DNA of 32,000 nt from an uncultured Clostridium sp. (GCA_948435735.1 CAOJGX010000003.1:1602-33601), one strand, 5' to 3'. Positions 1-9,640 are shown, counted from the first letter of the stretch. The notes: generated by a model from the letters alone, not told the origin. A program made the numbers and translations.

Positions 1-2297
1 ATGGTACTCGTTGAACTATAGATTTTCTTTGGTGAAGTTTGCCATGTAGTACCACCATCAAAACTGTATTCTTTTACGCCTGAATGTTCATCAGTTGCTT
101 TGATGTTTACTTCAACATCTTGATTGGTCCAACCTTGATGATAATCGATTCCTGTAATCGTAGGATAACTACTATCTATTTTTGTTATATTAACTGTTTT
201 TGCTTCACTTTCATTTCCAAGACTGTCTTTTACTTTTACTGTAACAGTGCCATTCGAAGTTACTATACATTGATTACTATTTTGATAAGCTCCACCGTTA
301 AAACTATATTGGATTCCACCAACTCCTGCATCACTTGCTATAACTGATAACGTTGCATTATTTGCCCAATCGGTTGGAACTCCTGTTACATCATGGATGA
401 CAGGCGGTGTTCTATCACTATATACTTTAGCTAATTTACTTAGCACCCCACTCTTATTACCAACATTGTCTTCTACTTCATTGCCTGTTCCTTTCAATAC
501 ATAAACACTTACATATCCATCTCCATCTGGCATTACAGTAATATTTAATGTATCGCCACTAGTTGAAGAACCTATAATTTTACCATTTGTGACAGTAACG
601 TCTCCAATTTCAATCGGCTTTGCTCCAGAACCATTATACTTATTTTCAGTGGTTTGTAACACGACATTACCTTGACTAATCCATTTATAATAATCGCCCG
701 TAATCTGTGGATCATTTGCTTTTATTTCAAAGCTTATCGTATCATCTTTTGTGAATTGTTCAGTATACGTTATATCTATACTAGTAGGAGCGGTGTCATC
801 AAATAGCACCAATTTATAGTCTTTTAACCAACTTACTTCACTTAGATTTCCTGCTTTATCTTCTGCCTGTCCAAAAGCATTACACCAACCTGCTTTATTC
901 GCATTCACTTTATAACTACATGTGAGAACAGTACCATTCCCGCTAGGTACCTTAGTCACATCATTAACTTCCGTATCATTACTGTCCTTTATTTTATTAA
1001 TCTTGAAAAACTGATCTTCATTGTATACACAAGTAGAAGCACTATTTTCATTTATATTAGCATCTGTAAATTCATAATCAATTTTTAATTGTGCACCTTT
1101 TCCTACCCAAATTACCTCCTTGCCTTCCACTGGTTTTATATAACTAGTTCCTGACACTACAGAGACACTTACAAATTTTGCTGTTGGTTTTATAGTATCT
1201 GCAATTATATTCTTTGCAACTCCATCAGCAGTTGTAACTTGTCCATTGTCACCATCTGCTATTGTATAACTAAATTGTTGTACCTTATCAGCGACTATAC
1301 CACCTGCAGTTAAATTTCTGCTATTACCGCCTATAGTTATAGTAGTCTTACTACCATTAATTCTTAAAAATTGTATTATTTTTCCTGCATTACAATAATA
1401 GTTATCGCTCACTAGATTTCCATTACATTCCAATACATACCATTTCTCACTTTGTACATTCGTAATTGTATTCACATTTCCAGCTATATCACAAGCATTT
1501 GGAATATATATTTCTTCTATAGCACCTATCTTTATACTAGTTACTCCTTGACCGCTCTTAACAAGTTCTGGAGCCGTTCCATTTTCATCTCTCCTTAACC
1601 ATTTTATATCACTGTCTTTTATTGGACGTATCGTTGTTCCATCTAATATATAGGCTGGGTCATTTGCAGGCATTTCTATTTTCATATGAGTTACTAGGTC
1701 TGCTCCCACTGCAGGATCTCCAGAACTCTTTAAAGGTGTAATTGTATAGTCCCCCCAGCTTCCTTTCGCAATAATTGTATTCGTCCAAGTATTTTCTTGA
1801 CCTAATATACCCAATTGAATCGATTTACCATTCTCATCCGTAACACTACCATTAATAAAAGTTATTTGTAAACCACCATTATCTTTAGCATCTATATTAT
1901 ATGAAAATGTCAAATAACTTCCATCAACATTATTTTGGTCAGCAGTAACAACTTTCTCTGATTGATCTCCAAACTTTATACCTAGCCTTAAACCTGATAC
2001 AGAACTAATTGCTTTTGAAAAAGAAAATCTTATTTTCAAATTTTCTCCTTTACCATAGTGAGTTCTTTTTTGTGCTATTTCAGTGTTCATTGTTCTAGTA
2101 GTATCCATATAAGCATTCAAAGCTGTTTGATAAATCCCTGCATCCGCTCCTAAAACATTAGTAACATTAGAATTATTCATAACAACTAATTCATCCAACA
2201 TCTTCGTTGCTGCATATCCTTTTATCGATAACACCAGAGATAGTATACCTACTATTATTAATGTAAATAATACTTTTCTAATTTTTGCGTTTTTCAT
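1..2297 (-). CDS. large secreted cell-surface protein with Ig-like repeats (partial; 3' end beyond left edge)
   Basis: Absent from the ORF track because it runs off the window. Reading the reverse strand from ATG at 2297-2295 (AGGAGG 6 nt upstream), I found no stop for about 765 codons down to position 1. The N-terminus MKNAKIRKVLFTLIIVGILSLVLSIKGYAA looks like a signal peptide. The distal part (approx 1-420) carries PTDWANNATLSVIASDAGVGGIQYSFNGG and HQGWTNQDVEVNIKATDEHSGVKEYSFDGGTTW modules, like the repeats in the 19107-23087 protein. Confidence 0.8.
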   Translation of the reverse strand, partial: MKNAKIRKVLFTLIIVGILSLVLSIKGYAATKMLDELVVMNNSNVTNVLGADAGIYQTALNAYMDTTRTMNTEIAQKRTHYGKGENLKIRFSFSKAISSVSGLRLGIKFGDQSEKVVTADQNNVDGSYLTFSYNIDAKDNGGLQITFINGSVTDENGKSIQLGILGQENTWTNTIIAKGSWGDYTITPLKSSGDPAVGADLVTHMKIEMPANDPAYILDGTTIRPIKDSDIKWLRRDENGTAPELVKSGQGVTSIKIGAIEEIYIPNACDIAGNVNTITNVQSEKWYVLECNGNLVSDNYYCNAGKIIQFLRINGSKTTITIGGNSRNLTAGGIVADKVQQFSYTIADGDNGQVTTADGVAKNIIADTIKPTAKFVSVSVVSGTSYIKPVEGKEVIWVGKGAQLKIDYEFTDANINENSASTCVYNEDQFFKINKIKDSNDTEVNDVTKVPSGNGTVLTCSYKVNANKAGWCNAFGQAEDKAGNLSEVSWLKDYKLVLFDDTAPTSIDITYTEQFTKDDTISFEIKANDPQITGDYYKWISQGNVVLQTTENKYNGSGAKPIEIGDVTVTNGKIIGSSTSGDTLNITVMPDGDGYVSVYVLKGTGNEVEDNVGNKSGVLSKLAKVYSDRTPPVIHDVTGVPTDWANNATLSVIASDAGVGGIQYSFNGGAYQNSNQCIVTSNGTVTVKVKDSLGNESEAKTVNITKIDSSYPTITGIDYHQGWTNQDVEVNIKATDEHSGVKEYSFDGGTTWQTSPKKIYSSTST

Positions 2298-2512
2298 ATG
2301 TTTCCTCCTAAACTTATATACAATTATAAAGTTCTTTCGTTTTATTAAATCTTTCTAAATTAATTAAACATTTTTTTAGAAGGAAAGTCAATAGTCAATT
2401 TCTGGTAAAAGCCTTAAAAATAGCACCTTTGGCATATTAATTTTCTTACGGATTAAAAGCTTTTGCGAGCTTTTTTTAAGAAATATATCTTTTTTATTAC
2501 ATTTTTAGTGAC

Positions 2513-2550
2513 AAAATAAAAAAACATCGCGGAAATGCACTTTCCACGAT
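2513..2550 (-). terminator. rho-independent terminator downstream of the AAA ATPase gene
   Basis: Hairpin 2526-2535 / 2541-2550 (ATCGCGGAAA ... TTTCCACGAT, 10 bp with 1 mismatch, 5-nt loop). On the minus strand it is followed by TTTTTTTATTTT (plus 2513-2524). Confidence 0.55.
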
Positions 2551-2592
2551 TTTCCAGTTTTTTAAATTTGTATTCAATATCTGTTTCTTCTT

Positions 2593-3798
2593 TTAATAAG
2601 AGTCTTCTAATAACCAATCTATTACATTTTTATGAATAATTCCATCTTGTGAAAAATCAAATTTATCCATTGTTATAACATATTTAGGAAAATTATCTTC
2701 AATTTTCTTAAATACTCCAAATTCTCTTTCTACAACCGAATCATCAGCTAAAATATAAGCTACTTGAACATATATTTTCTCACCAAATCTTGTTGCTATA
2801 AAATCGATTTCCCCATTTTCTAAATTTCCTACTTTTACATCATAACCAGAAGATAATAGTTGATTATAAACAATATTTTCTAAATAGGCTCCTAATTGTG
2901 GTCTTTTCCCAATATTCATGATTTGCCCAAAACCTAAATCTGTTAAATAATATTTATATTTGCCATTTAATATCCTTTTTCCTCTTACATCATATCGGTC
3001 TACTTTACTTACCATCATAGCTTTTGACATATATTCTAAATAGTTGTATAACGTCACTTTTGAAACTTCTCTGCTCTCTTTATTGGCAAAGTAATTCGAT
3101 AAACTCTCGGCAGAAAAATTTTGAGATGGTGTTGTAACAATGTATTCTACAATTCGATTAAATAAATCCAAATCTTTTATATTAAATCTTGTTATAATAT
3201 CTTTTACCAAAATAGAATCATAAATATCAGACAAATACGTTCTTGTTTGAAATTCGTCTGTCATCATAAATCTTTGTGGCATGCCCCCCCACATCATATA
3301 ATCTTCAAATGCTTCTTCTCTATCACTTCGATTGGTTATCTGTTTTAACTCACATACTTCTTTAAATGTGAATGGATATATTTTAAAACTTACATATCTT
3401 CCTGCTATATGAGTTGCTAATTCTCCTGATAATAAATCACTATTAGAACCTGTAATAAATATGGATACATTTTTCGATGCCTTAAATGAATTGACTGCTT
3501 TTTCCCAATGCTCAACATTTTGAATTTCATCAAAAAATAAGTAATATTTTTCCTCATTGATGATTTTTTTCTGAATAAATTCATGCAAATCTAAATCATT
3601 TTTGATATAAGCATAATCTTCATATTCAAAATTAATATAAATAATTTGTGATTCTGGTATCCCTTTTTCTTTTAATTCATCCATTATCTGCAACAACAAA
3701 ACAGATTTGCCACATCGTCTTACGCCTAGGATGACTTTTATCAAATCTTGGTCATAAAACGGTCTGATTTTAGATAAATATCTCTCACGAACAATCAT
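2593..3798 (-). CDS. AAA+ ATPase, AAA_14 + DUF4143 type (COG1373-like ATP-binding protein)
   Basis: 401-aa ORF with P-loop GVRRCGKS and Walker-B-like YLFFDEIQ. The C-terminal half resembles the DUF4143 region of this widespread family (from memory). RBS AAGGAGAAA precedes the ATG at 3798. Confidence 0.8.
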   Translation of the reverse strand: MIVRERYLSKIRPFYDQDLIKVILGVRRCGKSVLLLQIMDELKEKGIPESQIIYINFEYEDYAYIKNDLDLHEFIQKKIINEEKYYLFFDEIQNVEHWEKAVNSFKASKNVSIFITGSNSDLLSGELATHIAGRYVSFKIYPFTFKEVCELKQITNRSDREEAFEDYMMWGGMPQRFMMTDEFQTRTYLSDIYDSILVKDIITRFNIKDLDLFNRIVEYIVTTPSQNFSAESLSNYFANKESREVSKVTLYNYLEYMSKAMMVSKVDRYDVRGKRILNGKYKYYLTDLGFGQIMNIGKRPQLGAYLENIVYNQLLSSGYDVKVGNLENGEIDFIATRFGEKIYVQVAYILADDSVVEREFGVFKKIEDNFPKYVITMDKFDFSQDGIIHKNVIDWLLEDSY

Positions 3799-3947
3799 AA
3801 ATTTCTCCTTTTTATTTCATTATACTGTATTTTTTTGTAATTGTCAATATTTTTGTACATCATACTAAACAAAATTATATTTTTTTATCGTTTTATTTAG
3901 TATATTATTTTATTTTTAAGATTATTCGTATTTTTTACTATACAATT

Positions 3948-5300
3948 TTATACTGTCAAAGTTCCTCCCGGCGTATCTAAAATGACTAAAATATCCTCTT
4001 CTTCCCCTGTTTCACAATTGATATATACCAAAAATTCTCGATCTTCTACTTTCCCTTTAAACTCATAACATAAAATTTCTGTTTTCCATTCGGTTGGAAT
4101 AATTGCCATTCCTTCATCTAAAATGACTAAATCTTGATTTAAGTTTTCACGTGCTTCATCAATGGTTACTTGCACTTCGTTAAATTCTCTGCTTGTATGG
4201 GAATTTAAATAGCCATCTGTTTCAATTCCTAAAACTTCGCCATTATCTAAAGCAAGCTTCACTTTTATCAAATCTGGATATACGACAATTCCATCATATT
4301 CATATGCATAATTAACGGTCACAATATTTTCTAGCTTTGTAAAATAGGTTTCTTTCATATTATCAAAACCCTTTTCCGCTAAAAACTTTTTGCCAATTTC
4401 ATTGACTTCCTCTTGTGATAATTTTTCTTCTGAAACTTGGCGATTATTCTGTATTTCCACAACCCAACCACCTTTTTGTGCAATTTCTATATTGGCTTTA
4501 TTTTCTTGACCTTTTAGTTTTACGGAAAAATCATAGGCTGGAATATCGGCATTTTGTAGGAATTGATTGAATTCAATGCTTTCAATTTTGTCTTCTCCGA
4601 AAAAGTCTTTTACTTTTTGATTGGCTTCTTGTTCGGAAATATCATCACCAATAAGCCCCACCTTATCGGCTTTGTTGATATGATCTGAGTAGGCTCCATC
4701 ATAAATTAGACCCTCATATTGTTTCAAATTGGAATCAATATTGGAAAAGACTGAAACATTATCGACTGCTTGTGCATATTCTAAGGAATTTTGTTTGGTT
4801 AAATCATCCCACTGAATGGTTCCTGCGTATAGTTCGTCTGATAGTTGGTTGAGCGTTTCTTCTAATTGCATACTATATCGATGCAAGGCTTTCAAATTTT
4901 CAAAGTCTTCGTCTGACAATTCCTCATTTTTGATATTTTTTCGAGAAAGTGAATAAGAATAGTCGCTTACTTGATTTAAAAACTTGGCTGTTTGTGAAAG
5001 TTCTTCTGTATTCATGGGGATTCCTGTTAAATAAACAAGTGCTAAATTGGAATCTCTCCATACTTCTGTTAAAGTTTCAGCACTATGTTCTGGACTTTTG
5101 GAAATCATAGATTTAGCAAGTAAGCTTTCTACGCTGTTCATATAATTTACTAAATTTCCAAAGGCTTCATTGTAATCATTGGTTTGTAAAGTAGCATAAC
5201 TTTCGTTAGTTCGAAAGGCGTAATAGCCAATGGCTACTGCAATTGCTGCTAACAATATAATGACTATGCTGAAAATTTTATTTTTTACTCCACAATTCAT
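3948..5300 (-). CDS. ypeB: germination protein YpeB (membrane-anchored, PepSY-type repeats)
   Basis: 450 aa with an N-terminal TM helix (IFSIVIILLAAIAVAIGYYAF). YpeB-like N-domain (NDYNEAFGNLVNYMNSVESLLAKS...LSQTAKFLNQVSDYSYSL) and two C-terminal PepSY-like modules. Length and layout match Bacillus YpeB. RBS GGGAGGAAAG. Confidence 0.75.
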   Translation of the reverse strand: MNCGVKNKIFSIVIILLAAIAVAIGYYAFRTNESYATLQTNDYNEAFGNLVNYMNSVESLLAKSMISKSPEHSAETLTEVWRDSNLALVYLTGIPMNTEELSQTAKFLNQVSDYSYSLSRKNIKNEELSDEDFENLKALHRYSMQLEETLNQLSDELYAGTIQWDDLTKQNSLEYAQAVDNVSVFSNIDSNLKQYEGLIYDGAYSDHINKADKVGLIGDDISEQEANQKVKDFFGEDKIESIEFNQFLQNADIPAYDFSVKLKGQENKANIEIAQKGGWVVEIQNNRQVSEEKLSQEEVNEIGKKFLAEKGFDNMKETYFTKLENIVTVNYAYEYDGIVVYPDLIKVKLALDNGEVLGIETDGYLNSHTSREFNEVQVTIDEARENLNQDLVILDEGMAIIPTEWKTEILCYEFKGKVEDREFLVYINCETGEEEDILVILDTPGGTLTV

Positions 5301-5367
5301 TTTTTATCTTTCCTCCCACAGATTATTTCTACTATTATTTCCATCTATGATTTTAATATTCCAAATA

Positions 5368-5396
5368 TTGTAATTTTATTTTTTACATGATATAAT
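5368..5396 (+). promoter_or_regulatory. sigma-A-type promoter of the MGDG-synthase-like gene
   Basis: TTGTAA (5368-5373), 17-nt spacer, TATAAT (5391-5396) with a TG extension at 5388-5389; about 40 nt upstream of the ATG at 5437. Confidence 0.5.
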
Positions 5397-5436
5397 CATA
5401 AACAATAAATATAAAAAATTCATCTAAGGAGTTTTT

Positions 5437-5748
5437 ATGAAAAAAATTTTAATTTTTTATGGTTCTTATGGTGGTGGGCATTTATCTGCTGCAAGGTCGA
5501 TTGAAACTTATATCAAATCTCATTATTCAGACATAGAAGTAAAATTAGTCGACTGTATTGAATACATAAACAAACATCTAAATAAATTATTAGCAGATAG
5601 TTATAACGAAGCTGCCAAAAAGGCACCACTCGCTTGGAAAACTGCTTATCATTTAGCCAATGATGGTCTAACTTCTAAAGCTGTCACCACTTCAAATAAA
5701 CTGTTTTCCATCAAACTAAATAAATTACTTCAAGATTTTCGGTCCTGA
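5437..5748 (+). CDS. MGDG synthase / UgtP-like diacylglycerol glycosyltransferase (GT28), N-terminal fragment ending at a frameshift
   Basis: Starts MKKILIFYGSYGGGHLSAARS, the typical MGDG_synth N-terminus. The frame ends ...LLQDF-R(CGG)-S-stop. The +1 frame continues as GPDLIISTHPF, the conserved continuation of the same domain. Confidence 0.8.
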   Translation: MKKILIFYGSYGGGHLSAARSIETYIKSHYSDIEVKLVDCIEYINKHLNKLLADSYNEAAKKAPLAWKTAYHLANDGLTSKAVTTSNKLFSIKLNKLLQDFRS

Positions 5749-5749
5749 T

Positions 5750-6577
5750 TTGATTATTTCCACCCACCCTTTTGGAACCCAAATGTGTGGTGTGCTAAAG
5801 AAAAAAGGAAAGATTAACTGCCAATTAGCTACCATTTTGACAGATTTTCATATTCACGGTCAATGGCTTGTTTTCCATGAATATTGTGATTATTTTTTTG
5901 TTGCTAACAATCAAATGAAAAGTGATATGGTAGAATTGGGTGTTCTTGAGGAAAAAATTTATGTTTCAGGAATTCCTGTTTCTGAAACATTTAAAGAAAC
6001 GTTTGATCGAGAAAAAATTTGCCAAGAATTTGATTTAAATCCAAATGAGCAAACTGTATTATTTTTCGCAGGTGGAGAATTTGGCCTTGGTAATAAAACA
6101 ACTGTCATGGTACTAAAAGCCTTGATTCGACTATTTTCAAAACTTCAAGTAGTGGCTATTTCTGGGAAAAACCCTAAAATGAAAGCAAAACTAGAGGAAT
6201 TAGTTAAAAATACAGATTCTGATGAACGTATTAAAATTTTAGAATATACCAACAAAGTACCAGAACTGATGTCTATTTCCTCCTTTGTTATTACAAAGCC
6301 CGGTGGTCTTACTTCAACAGAAAGTTTGACAGCTCATTTGCCAATGATTATTATTAATCCAATTCCAGGTCAGGAGGAGGAAAATGCTCAATTTTTAGTG
6401 GAAAAGGGAGTTGCTGTTTGGATTAAGAAAAATGACAATATTGCAAGGGCTTTGAAAGAATTATATCGTGATCAGAAAAAGTTACCTCTAATGAAAGAGA
6501 ATGCGATTGCTTTGGCAAAACCGGATTCGACAGGGGATATTTGTAGGGTGTTATTAGAAAGAAAGAAAGAAATTTAA
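5750..6577 (+). CDS. MGDG synthase / UgtP-like glycosyltransferase, C-terminal fragment (same gene as 5437-5748, +1 frame)
   Basis: This frame is open from 5720. It contains PDLIISTHPF...LTDFHIHGQW...ITKPGGLTSTESL...PIPGQEEENA, a GT28 C-terminal nucleotide-sugar-binding region. The TTG at 5750 in the ORF track is probably not a real start. Confidence 0.8.
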   Translation: MIISTHPFGTQMCGVLKKKGKINCQLATILTDFHIHGQWLVFHEYCDYFFVANNQMKSDMVELGVLEEKIYVSGIPVSETFKETFDREKICQEFDLNPNEQTVLFFAGGEFGLGNKTTVMVLKALIRLFSKLQVVAISGKNPKMKAKLEELVKNTDSDERIKILEYTNKVPELMSISSFVITKPGGLTSTESLTAHLPMIIINPIPGQEEENAQFLVEKGVAVWIKKNDNIARALKELYRDQKKLPLMKENAIALAKPDSTGDICRVLLERKKEI

Positions 6578-6606
6578 CAAACACAGATTTCCTAGAAAGA
6601 TAAATA

Positions 6607-6634
6607 AATTCCAGTTTAAAACTGGAATTTTTTA
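6607..6634. terminator. bidirectional terminator between convergent GT28 gene and recR
   Basis: AATTCCAGT (6607-6615) / ACTGGAATT (6621-6629), 9-bp stem with 5-nt loop. Followed by TTTTTT on the plus strand and preceded by an A/T-rich run that gives Ts on the minus strand. Confidence 0.6.
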
Positions 6635-7231
6635 CATCTCACTTCTCCCCTCCAAAGCCTTCATAAGCGTAATCTCATCCGTATACTCCAAATCTCCACC
6701 AACCGGAATTCCTCTTGCAATCCTCGTCACTTTAATTCCCATTGGCTTGACCAATTTTGAAATATACATCGAAGTAGCCTCTCCTTCCACACGTGGATTT
6801 GTCGCTAAAATAAGTTCTTTCACATCTCCATTCATTAAGCGCGAAAGAAGTTCTTTAATTTTGATATCATCTGGGCCAATTCCATTCATTGGCGAAATAG
6901 AACCATGCAAAATATGATACACACCTTTAAATTCATTGGTTCGTTCCATGGCAAAAACATCACGCACATCCTCTACCACACAAATTGTGCTTTGGTCTCT
7001 TTTTACGTCAGCACAAATATTGCATGGGTCTGTATCGGAAATGTTGAAACATTTGGAACAAAATTTCAGATTTTTCTTGGCATTTAAGATAGCATCTGTA
7101 AATTCTTGAGCTTCTTCTTGGCTAATATCTAACATATAAAATGCCAAACGTTGAGCGGTTTTGTGCCCAATGCTTGGTAATTTTTCAAAATTTTCAATTA
7201 ATTTTTCAATGGATGGTGAATAATTGGCCAT
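6632..7231 (-). CDS. recR: recombination protein RecR
   Basis: 199 aa with a helix-hairpin-helix N-terminus ([15 protein letters not shown]), a C4 zinc finger [16 protein letters not shown], and a Toprim-like core. Sits in the conserved dnaX-ybaB-recR order. Confidence 0.95.
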   Translation of the reverse strand: MANYSPSIEKLIENFEKLPSIGHKTAQRLAFYMLDISQEEAQEFTDAILNAKKNLKFCSKCFNISDTDPCNICADVKRDQSTICVVEDVRDVFAMERTNEFKGVYHILHGSISPMNGIGPDDIKIKELLSRLMNGDVKELILATNPRVEGEATSMYISKLVKPMGIKVTRIARGIPVGGDLEYTDEITLMKALEGRSEM

Positions 7232-7267
7232 TTTTTTGTCCTTTTCTGATTTTTTTGTTTATAAAAA

Positions 7268-7295
7268 GGGTCGATATGGGCATCGACCCCTACGG
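7268..7295 (-). repeat. REP-like element (GTAG + GC-rich hairpin), also a likely terminator
   Basis: Minus-strand sense: AACC-GTAG-GGGTCGAT-GCCCAT-ATCGACCC-TTTTTAT. 8-bp stem 7268-7275 / 7282-7289; GTAG is plus 7290-7293. Second of two copies between ybaB and recR. Confidence 0.7.
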
Positions 7296-7357
7296 TTAAC
7301 TGGTTTATTTTTGTGTGATTGTAATTTTTTATATAATCTTTTATGATTGAGGTAACC

Positions 7358-7382
7358 GGGCGATTGATAATCGCCCCTACGG
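7358..7382 (-). repeat. REP-like element (GTAG + GGGCGATT/AATCGCCC hairpin)
   Basis: Minus-strand sense: TAA(ybaB stop)-ACC-GTAG-GGGCGATT-ATC-AATCGCCC-GGTTACC. Stem 7358-7365 / 7369-7376, 3-nt loop, GTAG at plus 7377-7380. No U-tract. Confidence 0.75.
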
Positions 7383-7383
7383 T

Positions 7384-7728
7384 TTACATTAATCCTGGAA
7401 TGTTGTATTTGCCGAAACTTTGGTTTTGGGCTTCGTCTACTTTGCGTAGGGCTTCGTTGATACAGGTTAGGATTAAATCTTGTAGCATTTCAACATCTTC
7501 TGGGTCAACTACTTCTGGTTTTATTTTGATTTCTTTTATGACTTTTGCTCCTGTTACCGCAACAGATATTGCATTTCCTCCAGCAGATGCCTCAAATACT
7601 TTTTCTTGCAATTCTTCTTGTGTTTTTTCCATATCTTCCTGCATTTTTTTGGCTTGTTTCATGAGTTGACTCATGTTCATTCCGCCAAATCCTCCCATTC
7701 CTCCTGGAAATCCTCCTCTTTTTCCCAT
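7384..7728 (-). CDS. ybaB: nucleoid-associated protein YbaB/EbfC
   Basis: I place the start at the ATG at 7728 ([33 protein letters not shown]...), preceded by GGAGAG. The 27 extra N-terminal codons in the ORF track overlap dnaX and look non-coding. Typical YbaB length and sequence. Confidence 0.9.
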   Translation of the reverse strand: MGKRGGFPGGMGGFGGMNMSQLMKQAKKMQEDMEKTQEELQEKVFEASAGGNAISVAVTGAKVIKEIKIKPEVVDPEDVEMLQDLILTCINEALRKVDEAQNQSFGKYNIPGLM

Positions 7729-7801
7729 TTTGTTCTCTCCTTTCCTAATTATGATAATATTTCGATAGTATTTTAATAAAATTTTAAAAAATAATGATAT
7801 T

Positions 7802-9376
7802 TTAATCAATTATATTAATATCAATCCCTAAATCTTCAAATCCTGTTGCACTACTTGAAGTTGTCGCTGGTGCAGTTTTTCCGTCTTTTAGTTTGATATT
7901 AATCTCATTCCCTGTTAAAGTTGCGATTGTTTTGATTAAATCATTTCGATTGGTTATATCTTCTAAGATTTTTTTGTTGAATTCCGTCAATCCATTAGGA
8001 AACTCGATTTCCCATGTTTGATCATTTAGTTTGTTTAGGGTTGTGTTAACTAAACAAGTGTATAATCTAATTTTTCCAGTCTTTTTTAAGGTATCTATAA
8101 TGGCTTTCCAATCTTCACTTGGTTTTCCTGTTGAAACCATTGGTTTTGGAGCAGTTTTGGTTTCTACTGGTCGAGTGGTTGCTTGCCTCATTGGTTGTGA
8201 ACTTTGGGTTGCTACACTGATTGGAGTTGTCTTGATTTGGTTTAGTTTTTGTTCTAATTGCATCACTTTGTTTTCTAAAGCAGAAATATCTCCACTGGTT
8301 TGATTCATGCAAAGTTTTATAACACCTGTTTGAAATAAAATCGTTTTTTGCGAAGCGTTTTTGATACTACTTTCCAAATCAGATAATTGATAAATGATAT
8401 GCAAAAGCTTTTCTTTTTCTGTTTGATTCGCTAAATTTTTAATTTCTAATAATTCTTCTTCTGAATATAAATTTAGCTTTTGGGTTGATTTGTAAATTAA
8501 TATATCTTTGCAATATTTAATGACTTCCCATAAAAAATTATATAAGTCTTTGCCATTATCAATTACTTCCTCAATCGCTTCTAGTGCAACCATTTCCTGA
8601 TTTTCTAGTATGGCTTTTGTTAATTTATGAATGGCTTGCAAGCTTGGCAAACCGACTAAATCTTTGACTAAATCAATTGTAATTTCTTCTACACTTTCTT
8701 GACTGCATCTTTCTAAAATGCTGATAGCATCACGCATTGCACCTTCTGCAAGAACAGCTATCGTTTTTAGGGCATCTTGCGTTATTTTGATATTGGATTC
8801 TGAACAAATGATTTTTAGCCTTTTGACAATATCGTCTTCTTTTATTTTTTTGTAGTCAAATCTTTGGCAACGAGAAAGTATTGTGGCTGGAAGTTTTTGT
8901 GGTTCAGTGGTTGCTAAAATAAATTTGACATGTTCTGGTGGCTCTTCTAGGGTTTTTAGTAACGCATTAAAGGCTCCTACAGAAAGCATATGAACCTCAT
9001 CGATAATATAGACTCTATATTTTGCTTTGGTTGGTAAAAAATTGACTTCACCGCGAATACTACGGATATCTTCCACGCTGTTGTTTGAAGCAGCGTCCAT
9101 TTCTACTACATCGGTTAGGGAACCGTCTAAAATACTTTTGCAAATTTCACATTCATTGCATGGCTCGCCGTCTTGCGGATTGAGGCAATTGACAGCACGT
9201 GCTAAAATTTTAGCAGAGGTTGTTTTTCCTGTTCCACGCCCACCACTCATTAAATAGGCGTGACCAACACGACCTGCTATGATTTGATTTTTAAGTGTTT
9301 TTGTAATATGTTCTTGACCAACCATATCTTCAAATTTGAGTGGTCTAAAAGTTCGATATAATGCTGTATAGGCCAT
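7802..9376 (-). CDS. dnaX: DNA polymerase III subunit gamma/tau
   Basis: 524 aa with Walker [10 protein letters not shown], zinc module [18 protein letters not shown], Walker B IIDEVHML and sensor SRCQRF. RBS GAGGTG. Confidence 0.95.
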   Translation of the reverse strand: MAYTALYRTFRPLKFEDMVGQEHITKTLKNQIIAGRVGHAYLMSGGRGTGKTTSAKILARAVNCLNPQDGEPCNECEICKSILDGSLTDVVEMDAASNNSVEDIRSIRGEVNFLPTKAKYRVYIIDEVHMLSVGAFNALLKTLEEPPEHVKFILATTEPQKLPATILSRCQRFDYKKIKEDDIVKRLKIICSESNIKITQDALKTIAVLAEGAMRDAISILERCSQESVEEITIDLVKDLVGLPSLQAIHKLTKAILENQEMVALEAIEEVIDNGKDLYNFLWEVIKYCKDILIYKSTQKLNLYSEEELLEIKNLANQTEKEKLLHIIYQLSDLESSIKNASQKTILFQTGVIKLCMNQTSGDISALENKVMQLEQKLNQIKTTPISVATQSSQPMRQATTRPVETKTAPKPMVSTGKPSEDWKAIIDTLKKTGKIRLYTCLVNTTLNKLNDQTWEIEFPNGLTEFNKKILEDITNRNDLIKTIATLTGNEINIKLKDGKTAPATTSSSATGFEDLGIDINIID

Positions 9377-9404
9377 ATTAAAAACACCTCATTTCTCATA
9401 AATT

Positions 9405-9535
9405 TAAGGCTCCCCTTAAGGAAGGCATGTCATTCACATAAATACACTACTTATCGCTGCTTTCTCTCGAACCTGACGAGATTCATAGCTTTTTATTGAA
9501 ACATACCTTCCTTAAAAGAAGCCTCGTTCAACTGC
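9405..9535 (-). ncRNA. ffs: signal recognition particle RNA, small (4.5S-like) type; ends approximate (+/- 15 nt)
   Basis: The minus strand contains CGTCAGGTTC-GAGA-GAAAGCAGCG (plus about 9455-9478), matching the SRP helix-8 consensus UCAGGUCC-GGAA-GGAAGCAGC with a GNRA loop. The long closing helix GGCTTCTTTTAAGGAAGGTATGT (9523-9501) pairs with ACATGCCTTCCTTAAGGGGAGCC (ending at 9408). A consensus promoter lies just upstream, and the position before dnaX is as in Bacillus. Confidence 0.8.
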
Positions 9536-9540
9536 CTTTT

Positions 9541-9569
9541 ATTATATAATGAATTTTAGTGTTTGGCAA
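9541..9569 (-). promoter_or_regulatory. sigma-A promoter of the SRP RNA
   Basis: Minus strand: TTGCCA (9569-9564), 17 nt, TATAAT (9546-9541). Predicted start near G 9535-9536. Confidence 0.65.
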
Positions 9570-9640
9570 GAGTTTTTTGAGGAATTTTTCTTTCATTTTA
9601 TTCTATCATTTTCAATTTATTCATAAATTCATCTTTCATT

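Noticed and set aside
84-347. 87-aa plus-strand ORF from the ORF track
   Set aside because: It lies antisense inside the long, uninterrupted minus-strand surface-protein CDS (1-2297). The sequence is Cys/Phe/Ile-rich and low-complexity, typical of AT-rich antisense frames, and it has no RBS.
7343-7669. Antisense or overlapping ORFs listed in the track (7343-7669, 6905-7087, 8031-8303, 8115-8312, 9027-9257, 10326-10547, 10572-11117, 10997-11545, 11629-12036, 11714-11980, 13129-13347, 14118-14387, 14191-14424, 15322-15567, 17123-17308, 17882-18070, 19166-19348, 21328-21552, 22400-22612, 22715-22954, 23733-24056, 26253-26462, 26413-26694, 26783-26992, 26959-27417, 27404-27589, 27586-27873, 28302-28529, 28787-29059, 29442-29741, 30030-30296, 31564-31773)
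   Set aside because: Each overlaps a CDS or tRNA with much stronger support: recognisable family motifs, an RBS, and operon context. Their translations are low-complexity mirror images (for example poly-Phe opposite the poly-Lys MinE tail). None has a convincing RBS.
7729-7809. N-terminal extensions in the ORF track for ybaB (7729-7809), dus (30284-30343), the antitoxin (23162-23215), the dnaD-like gene (26037-26072) and mazF (28556-28564)
   Set aside because: Internal ATGs with well-spaced Shine-Dalgarno sequences give N-termini matching the families. The extensions overlap upstream genes, REP-like hairpins or leader structures.
8840-8860. A7 run in dnaX (TAC AAA AAA ATA) as a possible -1 programmed frameshift site like E. 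coli dnaX
   Set aside because: It is in the N-terminal ATPase region, not at the gamma/tau boundary. It is not followed by a stimulatory hairpin, and the phase does not give an X-XXY-YYZ heptamer. A-runs are common in this AT-rich DNA.
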